The notes beneath the pieces were generated by a model. It was not told the DNA's origin. It saw nothing but the letters and a program-made list of their open reading frames with translations, and searched no databases. The position numbers were made by a program, and so were the translations under genes. A DNA stretch of 32,000 nt from contig CAXXHW010000001.1 in NCBI GenBank assembly GCA_963666265.2, forward strand, positions 566,088 to 598,087, given 5' to 3'. Positions 1-8,075 of the stretch are shown here, piece after piece. Within the stretch, counting starts at the first letter, position 1, and the number at the start of each line of letters is the position of its first letter. This DNA comes from Dehalococcoidia bacterium. Lineage in GTDB: Bacteria > Chloroflexota > Dehalococcoidia > SHYB01.

Positions 1-239
1 ACGTGATAGTCGGCCCGCATCGACAGCGCGAAGAAGTCCCAGCTGTGGGCCGTCTGAGCCCCGCCGTGCAGCAGGAGCATTTTGGGCTTATCGGCAATGC
101 CCCAGTCTAAATAATGAAGCTTTAGCCCGCCCACTGTGACTGACTTGTCTTCAGGGACCGCCTCTTCGCCGAACTGTATCCCCATGGCCCTGGCGGCGTC
201 GTGCAGGGTCATTCCGCCTAGTTGCTCCTGGATGGTCAT
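1..239 (-). CDS. alpha/beta-fold hydrolase, first ~79 codons only (gene runs off the left edge)
   Basis: Absent from the ORF track because it is open at the window edge. Reverse-strand ATG at 237-239 is preceded by GGGAGGA. Translation MTIQEQLGGMTLHDAARAMGIQFGEEAVPEDKSVTVGGLKLHYLDWGIADKPKMLLLHGGAQTAHSWDFFALSMRADYH shows the LLLHG..Q..H.W N-terminal signature of alpha/beta hydrolases. Confidence 0.7.
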   Translation of the reverse strand, partial: MTIQEQLGGMTLHDAARAMGIQFGEEAVPEDKSVTVGGLKLHYLDWGIADKPKMLLLHGGAQTAHSWDFFALSMRADYH

Positions 240-287
240 CGTGTCCTCCCTGTGTTTACCTTTCCAAAGTTCCCATACACCGCTAGG

Positions 288-470
288 TCAGCGATTTCTT
301 CGGTTCAGTCTTAATATCGTCACGTTGAAAATTAAGGTGGTGCCGATGAATGCGAGAACGCCAAAACCGGGATTCCCCGTGAACCGTAAGACCGCCAGGG
401 TCACGGGTATGGACACCATCATTCCTGACCATCTCAGCCACCTCGGCAGATTCTCAAAATCGTCTTTCAC
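288..470 (-). CDS. small hydrophobic protein (two predicted TM segments), function unknown
   Basis: 60-aa ORF with a GTG start 9 nt downstream of the nfo stop, same strand. Has hydrophobic stretches MMVSIPVTLAVL and GFGVLAFIGTTLIF. No recognisable family. Confidence 0.35.
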   Translation of the reverse strand: MKDDFENLPRWLRWSGMMVSIPVTLAVLRFTGNPGFGVLAFIGTTLIFNVTILRLNRRNR

Positions 471-479
471 TGTCTCAGG

Positions 480-1316
480 TCACCGCATCCCTTTAAGAAT
501 GTCGACGTTCCTCTTGTCCGGTCCAGTCTTTTCGAAGCCCGGGACCTCTAACAAAAAGGGCACCTCTGCGAAGGCCGGGTGCTGCATGATCACCTCGAAC
601 CCCGCCTGGCCGATGAAACCCTCGCCGATGTTCTCGTGGCGGTCTATGCCCCCCAGGAGAGAACACTTGGAATCGTTGGCATGCACCGCGACGAGCTTGT
701 CCAGGCCGATCTCTCGGTCGAACTCCTCCATGGCGGCATCCAGCCCGTCCTTGGTGCCGACGTCATAGCCATTGGCAAAAGAGTGCTGGGTGTCCAGGCA
801 GACCTTGACTCTGTCGTTGCCAACCTCCTGGATGATCCGGCCTATCTCGCCGAAGCTGGAGCCGATGGACTGGCCCATGCCGGCGCTATTTTCAATGATG
901 AGCCACGGCTCCTCCGGGGTGTTTTCCAGGACTTCATGGAACGACCTGACGACCTGGGGCAGGACCGTGTCGAACCCCGCTCCCCGGTGGCTTCCCACGT
1001 GGAAGATCGTTCCCTTGCATCCGATGTCCGCCGCCGCCTGCTGGTACTTCAACAGGGAGTCTATGCCCTTCACCAGGTTCTCGGCGTTGGGCGTCCCGAG
1101 GTTGATGAGGTAGACGCCATGAAAGAAAGTCGGCTCGATGCCGGTCTCTTGAGCCTTTTTCCTATAATCCTCGGCGACATCCGGGGTAGGCTCCTTAACA
1201 CGCCAGGCTTGAGGGCCTGAAAGGAATATCTGGACGGCCTCGGCTCCGATCTCGGCGGCCCGGTCTAGAGCGTGGTCCAGCTTGCCCGCAGCGGAAACGT
1301 GGGCGCCTATCTTCAC
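480..1316 (-). CDS. nfo: endonuclease IV (AP endonuclease family 2)
   Basis: 278 aa. Collinear by eye with E. coli Nfo: MKIGAHVSAAG, YLINLG, FHVGSH, IENSAG.G, CLDTQH.FA.GYD, HANDSK...G...DRHENIGEG.IG. Confidence 0.92.
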   Translation of the reverse strand: MKIGAHVSAAGKLDHALDRAAEIGAEAVQIFLSGPQAWRVKEPTPDVAEDYRKKAQETGIEPTFFHGVYLINLGTPNAENLVKGIDSLLKYQQAAADIGCKGTIFHVGSHRGAGFDTVLPQVVRSFHEVLENTPEEPWLIIENSAGMGQSIGSSFGEIGRIIQEVGNDRVKVCLDTQHSFANGYDVGTKDGLDAAMEEFDREIGLDKLVAVHANDSKCSLLGGIDRHENIGEGFIGQAGFEVIMQHPAFAEVPFLLEVPGFEKTGPDKRNVDILKGMR

Positions 1317-1440
1317 GCGTCGGTATCCTTCACTAGCCTCTCCGAAGACTGCTCAGAAAGGGTTGTCCACGTGCGGCTTGACACGGGGCCTATGGTACCA
1401 TGAGCCGCCTTTTGCTGACTACGGGCCATGCGATCATCAG

Positions 1441-1507
1441 GCGAGGGAGTAATCGGCATCCTTCTCTCCTACGCCGCCAGGCACAATGCCAGCGGGCGCT
1501 GCCCGCT
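1441..1507 (+). repeat. GC-rich palindromic intergenic repeat (core GCCAGCGGGCGCTGCCCGC), copy 1
   Basis: gcgagggagtaatcggcatccttctctcctacgccgccaggcacaatgccagcgggcgctgcccgcta aligns with the copies at 27916-28033 and 28526-28641. Core forms hairpin GCGGGC-gct-GCCCGC. Its last bases (cta at 1506-1508) are the TAG stop of bcp on the reverse strand. Confidence 0.85.
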
Positions 1508-1970
1508 AGCCGCCCTTGATCGCCTCCAGAAGCTCTTCGCCGTGCCGGTCGGGCTTGACCTTGGTCCACACCTTTTCGATGTCGCCCTTCTCATCTATCA
1601 GGAAGGTCATCCGGTTCATCCCCATGAAGGTGCGGCCATAGAGCTTCTTTTCCCCCCAGGCCCCATAGGCGGCAGCCATGGTCTTGTCCTTGTCAGAAAG
1701 GAGAGGGAACGGAAGGTTGTACTTGGCGCCGAACTTGTCGTGGGACTGCACGCTGTCGGCGCTGACGCCCAGCACAACCGCCCCCGCCTGCTGGAGCGCC
1801 TGATAGTTGTCCCTGAAGTTGCAGGCCTCTCGGGTACAGCCCGGCGTGCTGTCCTTCGGGTAGAAGTAGACGACCACTTTCTTTCCGGCCAGGTCTTTCA
1901 GCGCTATGTCCTGCCCTCCACTTGCCGGGAGGGTGAAGTCCGGGGCTTTATCGCCTTGTTTGAGAGCCAT
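1506..1970 (-). CDS. bcp: thiol peroxidase / peroxiredoxin, Bcp type
   Basis: Track ORF 1506..2075 trimmed to the internal ATG at 1968-1970, which is preceded by GGGGAGG. MALKQGDKAPDFTLP...VVVYFYPKDSTPGCTREAC (peroxidatic Cys context) ...HDKFGAKYNLPFPLLSD is the canonical Bcp/AhpC-TSA pattern. Confidence 0.9.
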   Translation of the reverse strand: MALKQGDKAPDFTLPASGGQDIALKDLAGKKVVVYFYPKDSTPGCTREACNFRDNYQALQQAGAVVLGVSADSVQSHDKFGAKYNLPFPLLSDKDKTMAAAYGAWGEKKLYGRTFMGMNRMTFLIDEKGDIEKVWTKVKPDRHGEELLEAIKGG

Positions 1971-2097
1971 TTTGGGGACCTCCCCTACTATTCGCTGGGA
2001 AATGTGGCCGCTGCAAGATGTGGTCGCTGCGAAATGTGGGTGCATGATAGCACAGGTACTCTCTGTCGTTGACACGCCGGTAGCCGGCCCCTAGCAT

Positions 2098-2141
2098 GAT
2101 GCCAGGCGCCCGCCTGAGGCGGGCAGCGGGCGCTGCCCGCC
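2098..2141 (+). repeat. GC-rich palindromic intergenic repeat, variant copy 2
   Basis: atgccaggcgcccgcctgaggcgggcagcgggcgctgcccgcc shares the agcgggcgctgcccgc core. Contains two overlapping alternative hairpins: GCCCGCC-tga-GGCGGGC and GCGGGCAG-cgggcg-CTGCCCGC. Lies in the divergent bcp/yfcH intergenic region. Confidence 0.7.
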
Positions 2142-2156
2142 CCGTGGAGGAAGCAC

Positions 2157-3065
2157 ATGCACGTTCTGGTGACCGGCGCCACGGGCTTCATCGGCTCCAG
2201 CTTGAGCAACGCCCTGGCAGAGGCCGGCCACACCGTCAGCGCCTTGTCTCGTGAACCCGCCAGGGCAACCCAGAGGCTGCCGTTCCTGTCCCGCGCCGCC
2301 AAGTGGGAGCCGACCGCCGGACCGCCTCCCCCGGAAGGGATGAGCGGCGCCGAGGCCGTCATCCATCTCGCCGGGGAGCCCCTCCGAGGTCGATGGAGCA
2401 GCCGCAAGAAGCGCCGCATCGCCGATAGCCGCATCACGGGGACACGTCACCTGGTCCAGGGCATCGACGCGATGGAGGCCAAGCCCAGGGTGCTGCTCTC
2501 CGTCAGCGCCGTCGGCTTCTATGGAGACCGGGGCGACGAGGAGCTCGATGAGGGCTCCTCGCCCGCAGGCGACTTCCTGGCCCGGCTCACCGAGAGTTGG
2601 GAGGCGGAGGCCTCCGCGGCAAGGGCGTTCGGAGTTCGGGTGGTGAACCTCCGTACGGGTATTGTGCTGGGGCGCAGCGGCGGCGCGCTGGCCGCGTTGC
2701 TGCCCCTCTTCAAACTGGGCCTGGGTGGTCCCCTGGGCTCCGGCCGTCAATGGTGGCCGTGGGTCCACCAGGAAGACGTGAACGGCCTGATTTCGAAAGC
2801 CCTGGACGCTGATTGGGACGGCCCTGTGAACATCACGTCGCCCACGCCGGTGCGGCAGCGGGAGTTCGCCCGTGTCCTGGGCCTGGTCGTGAAGCGTCCC
2901 GCCCTGATCCCGGCCCCCGCATTTGCTCTGAGGCTCCTCCTGGGCGAGTTCGCCGGCGAGCTGCTCTCCAGCATGCGCGCGTTACCGGTCCAGGCTCAGG
3001 CTTCGGGCTATGAGTTTCGGTTCACCGACCTAGAGGCCGCTCTGCGGGACCTGCTGGGCCGGTAA
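2157..3065 (+). CDS. TIGR01777/YfcH-type NAD-dependent epimerase family protein (SDR fold plus DUF1731-like C-terminus)
   Basis: 302 aa. ATG preceded by GGAGGA. MHVLVTGATGFIGSSL Rossmann loop. Length and C-terminal ...GYEFRFTDLEAALRDLL are typical of the YfcH family. Confidence 0.85.
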   Translation: MHVLVTGATGFIGSSLSNALAEAGHTVSALSREPARATQRLPFLSRAAKWEPTAGPPPPEGMSGAEAVIHLAGEPLRGRWSSRKKRRIADSRITGTRHLVQGIDAMEAKPRVLLSVSAVGFYGDRGDEELDEGSSPAGDFLARLTESWEAEASAARAFGVRVVNLRTGIVLGRSGGALAALLPLFKLGLGGPLGSGRQWWPWVHQEDVNGLISKALDADWDGPVNITSPTPVRQREFARVLGLVVKRPALIPAPAFALRLLLGEFAGELLSSMRALPVQAQASGYEFRFTDLEAALRDLLGR

Positions 3066-3157
3066 CGAGTTGCGGCCTCCCGCGCCCCTTCCCACTGCGG
3101 AGCCACCGCCGCTGCTAGAATAGTGCCCATGCGATCCCCGGCAACGGCGGCCACCCC

Positions 3158-5182
3158 GTGACCTCCGCCCAACCTCAGGCCATCGTCGGCGTCGACGTCG
3201 GCGGCACCTTCACCGACTTCGTCGTGCTGATCGACGGCGCGCTGCGCGTGCACAAGGTCCTCTCCACCCCCGACGATCCTGCAAGGGCCGTTTTACAGGG
3301 TCTTCGGGACCTCGATGTGCCTGCAGGCGTCGCCGTCGTGCACGGATCCACCGTGGGCACCAACGCCGTATTGGAGCGCAAAGGCGCGCGGACCGCCCTG
3401 GTGACGACCAAAGGGTTCGAGGATGTGCTGGAGATCGGCCGCCAGAACCGCGCCAGTCTTTACGACTTTCTGGTGACCAGGCCCGAGCCTCTGGTGCCTT
3501 CCGAGTGGCGGCTGGGGGCCGCCGAGCGGGTCGATAGCGAAGGCAATATTCTGCTTGCCCTCGGTGAAGGCGATGCCATGACACTGGCCCGCCGGATCAA
3601 GCGCGGGAAGATCGAGTCCGTGGCGGTCTGCTTCCTGTTCTCGTTCCTGGCCCCGGCCCACGAGAGGCTCGTCAAGCGGGTCCTGGAGGGGCAAAATGTC
3701 GGCTCGTATGTCTATGTCTCCAGCGAGGTGCTGCCCGAGTACCGGGAGTACGAGCGGGTCAGCACCACCGTTGTGAACGCCTATATCGCTCCCGTTGTGG
3801 ACCGCTATGTAACACGGCTGCATAAGGAGCTTGGCGACGGCCTCCGCGTCGTCCAGTCCTCGGGCGGCTCCGTGACACCGGCGGGAGCCATGGCCAGGCC
3901 GGTGCAGACTATCTCGGGCGGCCCCGCCGCCGGGGTCGTCGGCGCCTTCCACCTGGCCGGAGCGGCCGGATTTTCGAGGGTGATCGGCTTCGACATGGGT
4001 GGCACCTCCACCGATGTCTCGCTGTGCCCCGGCCGCGTCCCCGAGACCTCGGGATGGTCCCTGGGTGGCCTGCCCATCAAGACCCCGGCCATCGACGTCT
4101 ACAGCGTTGGCGCCGGGGGCGGCTCCATCGCCCGGACCGACGCCGGAGGCGCCCTGCTCGTGGGGCCCGAGTCCGCCGGCGCCGACCCTGGGCCGGCCTG
4201 CTACGGTAAGGGGTCGCAGCCCACCGTGACCGACGCCAATCTTCTGCTGGGCAGGCTGGACCTTGAGCATTCCCTGGGGGGTGGTGTGGTCCTTGATCCC
4301 AAGAGGGCGCGTGAGGCCCTGGCACCCCTGGCCCGGAGCATCGGTCTAAGCGTTGAGGAGGCGGCTGCCGGTGTCGTCCGGGTCGCCAACGCCCACATGG
4401 AGCGGGCCATTCGCGTGATCTCCGTCGAGCGAGGCCACGACCCCCGAGACTTCGCCATGGTCCCCTTCGGCGGGGCCGGCCCCATGCACGCTTGCGAGCT
4501 GGCCGAGGCCCTGGGCATCCCCCAGGTGCTGGTGCCCCGGTACCCTGGTGTGCTCTCGGCACAGGGAATGACCTTCGTCGACATCACCAGGGAGTACTCG
4601 ACGACGGTCATGCTCAGGGGCGCTGACCTGAAGAGGAAAACGGTGGTCGAGGCCTTTGCCAAGCTCCGCGAGCAGGGAATCCGCGACCTGGAGGCGATGG
4701 GCGTCCCAGCCGCCGGTGTCGAGGCGTCGCTATCGCTGGACATGCGCTACACCGGCCAATCTCATGAGCTGACGGTGCCCTGCGAGGTCGATGGCCTCGA
4801 AAAGGCCCTCGCTGACTTCCACCATGCCCACCACGAGCGGTACGCCTACTCCCATGATGAACGGCCTGTTGAGGTCGTCAACGCGCGGCTAAAGCTGGTG
4901 AGCCCTGTAGACAAGCCCTCGGAGGAGCCCCTGCCGGAGGAGGGCGAGGATGCCACGGCGGCCATCGTGGGCCGGCGCCCGGCGATTTTTGACGGCATAG
5001 AGGCGGAGACGACGCTCTATGCCCGAGACGCCCTGCGCTGCGGAAACCGTATACCCGGCCCGGCCCTTGTGCTCCAGTACGACAGCACGGTGGTCCTCCC
5101 CCCGGCGTGGAAGGCGCGTGTCGACCCGTTTCTGAACCTGGTCATGCACCTTCTCCCAGCTTCCCGAGGAGGAGAGTCGTGA
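3158..5182 (+). CDS. hydantoinase/oxoprolinase family, A (HyuA-like) subunit
   Basis: 674 aa, GTG start. IVGVDVGGTFTDFVVL N-terminal ASKHA-type motif, GFDMGGTSTDVS second phosphate motif, and length typical of Hydant_A_N plus Hydantoinase_A. Confidence 0.85.
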   Translation: MTSAQPQAIVGVDVGGTFTDFVVLIDGALRVHKVLSTPDDPARAVLQGLRDLDVPAGVAVVHGSTVGTNAVLERKGARTALVTTKGFEDVLEIGRQNRASLYDFLVTRPEPLVPSEWRLGAAERVDSEGNILLALGEGDAMTLARRIKRGKIESVAVCFLFSFLAPAHERLVKRVLEGQNVGSYVYVSSEVLPEYREYERVSTTVVNAYIAPVVDRYVTRLHKELGDGLRVVQSSGGSVTPAGAMARPVQTISGGPAAGVVGAFHLAGAAGFSRVIGFDMGGTSTDVSLCPGRVPETSGWSLGGLPIKTPAIDVYSVGAGGGSIARTDAGGALLVGPESAGADPGPACYGKGSQPTVTDANLLLGRLDLEHSLGGGVVLDPKRAREALAPLARSIGLSVEEAAAGVVRVANAHMERAIRVISVERGHDPRDFAMVPFGGAGPMHACELAEALGIPQVLVPRYPGVLSAQGMTFVDITREYSTTVMLRGADLKRKTVVEAFAKLREQGIRDLEAMGVPAAGVEASLSLDMRYTGQSHELTVPCEVDGLEKALADFHHAHHERYAYSHDERPVEVVNARLKLVSPVDKPSEEPLPEEGEDATAAIVGRRPAIFDGIEAETTLYARDALRCGNRIPGPALVLQYDSTVVLPPAWKARVDPFLNLVMHLLPASRGGES

Positions 5183-5265
5183 TAGGTGTATCCCATGTAT
5201 ACTCACCGTGGGTTGGCCCGCCTCTCGGCAGTCGGTGAAAAGAAGGCGGCGGAAGGAGGTCAATT

Positions 5266-6138
5266 TTGAAGTTCAGTCTGCACATCCCTGATTTCACGTG
5301 GCCGGGAGGTCCCAGCCAGCTGGGGCCGGATTTGGCCCGGATCGTCGAGACCGCGGAGGACTGCGGATTCGACATGGTCAGTGTCATGGACCATGTCTTC
5401 CAGATCGGGCCCGTTGGCCCTATCGACCATGACATGCTGGAATGCTACACGACACTGGGTTTCCTGGCCGCCAGAACTTCACGAATAAACCTGACCGCGC
5501 TGGTCACCGCCGCGCCCTATCGCCATCCCGGCCTTCTGGCCAAGGCGGTCACTACGTTGAACGTGCTCTCCGGTGGGCGCGCCTGGCTCGGCATTGGGGC
5601 CGGCTGGAACGAGGAAGAGGCAAAGGGGCTTGGCATCCCCTTCCCACCGCTGAAGGACCGTTTCGAGATGTTGGAAGAGACGCTGCAGATTTGCCTGCAA
5701 ATGTGGCGAGGCGATGAGCAGCCGTATCAGGGGAAGCACTACCGCCTGGAGAGGCCGCTGAACGCACCGCAGGCGCTCACTCGCCCCCATCCGCCGATCC
5801 TGATCGGCGGCAGAGGCGAGCGAAAAACGCTCCGGCTTGTGGCCCGCTACGGAGATGCGTGCAACCTCTTTGCCGGTCCCGACCTTCAACACAAGCTGGA
5901 CGTTCTGCGTGCCCACTGCGAGACGGAAGGACGAGATTACGACTCGATCATGAAGACCTGCACCATGGGCATCGATCCTGGGGATTCTGAGAGTAAGGTT
6001 GACGAAGTCATTGACCAGCTTCGGAAGCTGCAGGCGATGGGCATCCAGATGGTGACCAGCTCCGTGAGAGGAGTCCACAACATCACGCCCTTGGAAGTTA
6101 TCGGCCGAAAGATCATCCCCGCCCTGGCTGACCAATAA
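5266..6138 (+). CDS. luciferase-like (LLM class) oxidoreductase, F420-dependent-type subfamily
   Basis: 290 aa, TTG start. MKFSLHIPDF...MDHVFQ...LGFLAARTSRINLTALVTAAPYRHPGLLAK...LSGGRAWLGIGAGWNEEE resembles LLM-class F420-dependent oxidoreductases. Cofactor assignment is inference. Confidence 0.8.
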   Translation: MKFSLHIPDFTWPGGPSQLGPDLARIVETAEDCGFDMVSVMDHVFQIGPVGPIDHDMLECYTTLGFLAARTSRINLTALVTAAPYRHPGLLAKAVTTLNVLSGGRAWLGIGAGWNEEEAKGLGIPFPPLKDRFEMLEETLQICLQMWRGDEQPYQGKHYRLERPLNAPQALTRPHPPILIGGRGERKTLRLVARYGDACNLFAGPDLQHKLDVLRAHCETEGRDYDSIMKTCTMGIDPGDSESKVDEVIDQLRKLQAMGIQMVTSSVRGVHNITPLEVIGRKIIPALADQ

Positions 6139-6185
6139 GCCGGTGGGGCGCCGTACACCATAACGCTGTAGTGTGGCTCTAGCCC

Positions 6186-7748
6186 GTGAATGACGCCATA
6201 ACCCTGGAAATCTTCAAGAGCCTGTTCTCCTCCATAGCGGAGGAGATGGGGGCGGTACTGGGCCGAACGGGATTCTCGCCGAACATCAAGGAGCGGCAGG
6301 ACTACTCCTGCGCCCTCTTCGACGGCGAAGGTCGCATGGTGGCGCAGGCGGCCCATCTGCCCGTGCACCTGGGCTCCATGCCTGCCTCCGTCGCGGCGGC
6401 CATCGACCACGTCGACCTGGGACCGGGCGATATCGCCATCCTGAACGACCCCTTCCTCGGCGGGACGCACCTGCCGGACATCACCCTGGTCGCTCCCGTG
6501 CACGCCGGAACGCGGCTCATCGGCTACGTCGCGAACCGCGCTCACCATGCCGATGTCGGCGGAGCCTCTCCCGGCTCGATGCCCTTGTCGACAGAGCTGT
6601 ACCAGGAGGGGCTGATTATCCCACCCGTGAAGTTGGCCGAGGGTGGGCGGATAGACGAAAAGCTCGTCACCCTGCTCTGCCGCAACGTGCGTACGCCCGA
6701 GGAGCGGCGCGGGGACCTGGAGGCGCAAATCGCCTGCGCCGGCGTTGGTAGCCGGCGGCTGGTGGAGGTCGCCGAGAAGTACGGCCTCGACGAGATAGGG
6801 CACGAGATGCAGCGCCTGATTGACTACTCCGAGGCCATGACCAGAGATGCGCTCCGTAAAATCCCCGACGGGGCCTATTCCTTCGAAGATGTCTTGGACG
6901 ATGACGGTCTATCGAACGAGCCGGTAAGGATACAGGTGCGGATCTCGATCGACGGCGACACCCTCACCGCCGACTTCGCGGGGAGCGCTCCGGCCTCCGA
7001 CGGCCCGGTGAACGCCGTGCTTGCCGTCACCGAGTCCGCCGTCCTCTACGTCGTACGGTGCATCGCCGGGGAGGCCGTTCCAGCAAACCACGGCTGCATG
7101 ATACCCCTGACGGTGCTCGCCCCTCGGGGTAGTATCGTCAACGCCTTGCCGCCCCACGCCGTCTCCGCCGGCAACGTGGAGACCGGGCAGCATATCGTCG
7201 ACGTGCTTCTGGGGGCCATGGCTCAGGCCCTTCCGGACCGGATACCCGCCGCCAGCCAGGGGACGATGAACAACCTGGCCTTTGGAGGCCGCGACCCCAT
7301 GCGGGAGCGGCCCTTCGCCTACTACGAGACCATCGCCGGGGGCATGGGGGCCAGGCCGGGCATGCCGGGTATCTCAGGCATACAGACCCATATGACCAAC
7401 ACCCTCAACACTCCCGTCGAGGCTCTGGAGTTTGAGCTGCCCATACGCGTCCGCGAGTACGCTATTCGGCGCGGGTCGGGCGGTCATGGCCGCTACGCAG
7501 GCGGGGATGGACTGCGGCGCAGCATCGAATTCCTGGCGGAGACCGACTTCACGGTCATCTCGGACAGGCGCCGGCGTGGGCCCTACGGCCTTGCTGGAGG
7601 GGAGGCGGGCTCGCCGGGTCGCAATCTGCTCACCCGGTCTGGGGCCTCGCGGCCTCGCCTGCTGCCTTCCAAGGCCCGTGTCGCCCTGGCGCCGGGGGAC
7701 GTGGTCACGGTGGAGACCCCAGGCGGCGGAGGATGGGGCGAGGCCTAG
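6186..7748 (+). CDS. hydantoinase/oxoprolinase family, B (HyuB-like) subunit
   Basis: 520 aa, GTG start. MNDAITLEIFKSLFSSIAEEMG, DYSCALFD, NDPF.GGTHLPD, ANRAHHADVGG are characteristic Hydantoinase_B blocks. Confidence 0.87.
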   Translation: MNDAITLEIFKSLFSSIAEEMGAVLGRTGFSPNIKERQDYSCALFDGEGRMVAQAAHLPVHLGSMPASVAAAIDHVDLGPGDIAILNDPFLGGTHLPDITLVAPVHAGTRLIGYVANRAHHADVGGASPGSMPLSTELYQEGLIIPPVKLAEGGRIDEKLVTLLCRNVRTPEERRGDLEAQIACAGVGSRRLVEVAEKYGLDEIGHEMQRLIDYSEAMTRDALRKIPDGAYSFEDVLDDDGLSNEPVRIQVRISIDGDTLTADFAGSAPASDGPVNAVLAVTESAVLYVVRCIAGEAVPANHGCMIPLTVLAPRGSIVNALPPHAVSAGNVETGQHIVDVLLGAMAQALPDRIPAASQGTMNNLAFGGRDPMRERPFAYYETIAGGMGARPGMPGISGIQTHMTNTLNTPVEALEFELPIRVREYAIRRGSGGHGRYAGGDGLRRSIEFLAETDFTVISDRRRRGPYGLAGGEAGSPGRNLLTRSGASRPRLLPSKARVALAPGDVVTVETPGGGGWGEA

Positions 7749-7828
7749 GCCCGCTTTTCCCGTAGGTGCGTGCCATGCTATGCCTCCCGTCCTTTCGCCG
7801 GCGCGGGTTACACCTCCTCCTTCGTCCA

Positions 7829-7873
7829 GGTCCGACTTTGTCCCGATGACGAATCGGGATGCAATCGGAGCTC
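7829..7873 (+). repeat. 45-nt hairpin element (core TCCCGAT-gacga-ATCGGGA), copy A
   Basis: gtccgactttgtcccgatgacgaatcgggatgcaatcggagctca is the reverse complement, with a few indels, of 9154-9202. Confidence 0.8.
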
Positions 7874-7914
7874 ATAACAACCACCGAACGGCCTTCGTGT
7901 TTTCTCGGTTGGGC

Positions 7915-7943
7915 ATGACTTTGCCACGGAATACCTTTATAAT
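7915..7943 (+). promoter_or_regulatory. sigma70-like promoter of the uORF/K+ channel unit (-35 ATGACT, 17 nt, -10 TATAAT)
   Basis: TATAAT at 7938-7943 and ATGACT at 7915-7920. The whole block is duplicated upstream of mscS, where the -35 reads GTGACA. Confidence 0.5.
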
Positions 7944-7975
7944 GGTTTTGAACTTTATTAAAATTGGTGGCCGCT

Positions 7976-8074
7976 ATGCCGGATGTGGACTTCAAATTCA
8001 ATCCAGCGAACATAGTCAACCGAGGAGGGACCATCGCACGGAAAGACACGGCTAGTGCGTACGGGGTGAGGTAA
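7976..8074 (+). CDS. 32-codon upstream ORF, a truncated paralog of the MscS N-terminus
   Basis: ATG at 7976 preceded by GGTGG. MPDVDFKFNPANIVNRGGTIARKDTASAYGVR; the first ~28 codons are homologous at DNA level to mscS codons 1-28 (MPDVDFTFNVAGMVNRGVTVAI...). TAA at 8072-8074 lies 1 nt before the channel GTG at 8076. Below the ORF-track size cutoff. Confidence 0.4.
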   Translation: MPDVDFKFNPANIVNRGGTIARKDTASAYGVR

Positions 8075-8075
8075 C

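Noticed and set aside
2091-2768. 225-aa and 149-aa reverse ORFs overlapping the yfcH-like gene and the bcp upstream region
   Set aside because: Gly/Ala/Arg/Pro-rich shadow ORFs that run through an intergenic repeat, with no family resemblance.
3293-4270. 325-aa reverse-strand ORF, plus several 60-180-aa ORFs, overlapping the hyuA-like gene
   Set aside because: Arg/Gly/Pro/Ala-rich shadow ORFs typical of the antisense frames of GC-rich coding DNA. No recognisable motifs, while the forward frame is an unmistakable hydantoinase A homolog.
5937-6803. 288-aa reverse-strand ORF spanning the LLM/hyuB junction
   Set aside because: It crosses an intergenic gap between two well-supported forward genes and has shadow-ORF composition.
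7944-7975. Riboswitch (e.g. c-di-AMP/ydaO class) in the shared leader of the two channel genes
   Set aside because: The predicted leader between the TATAAT and the ATG is only ~30 nt, far too short for any known riboswitch aptamer. No conserved aptamer motifs were recognised.
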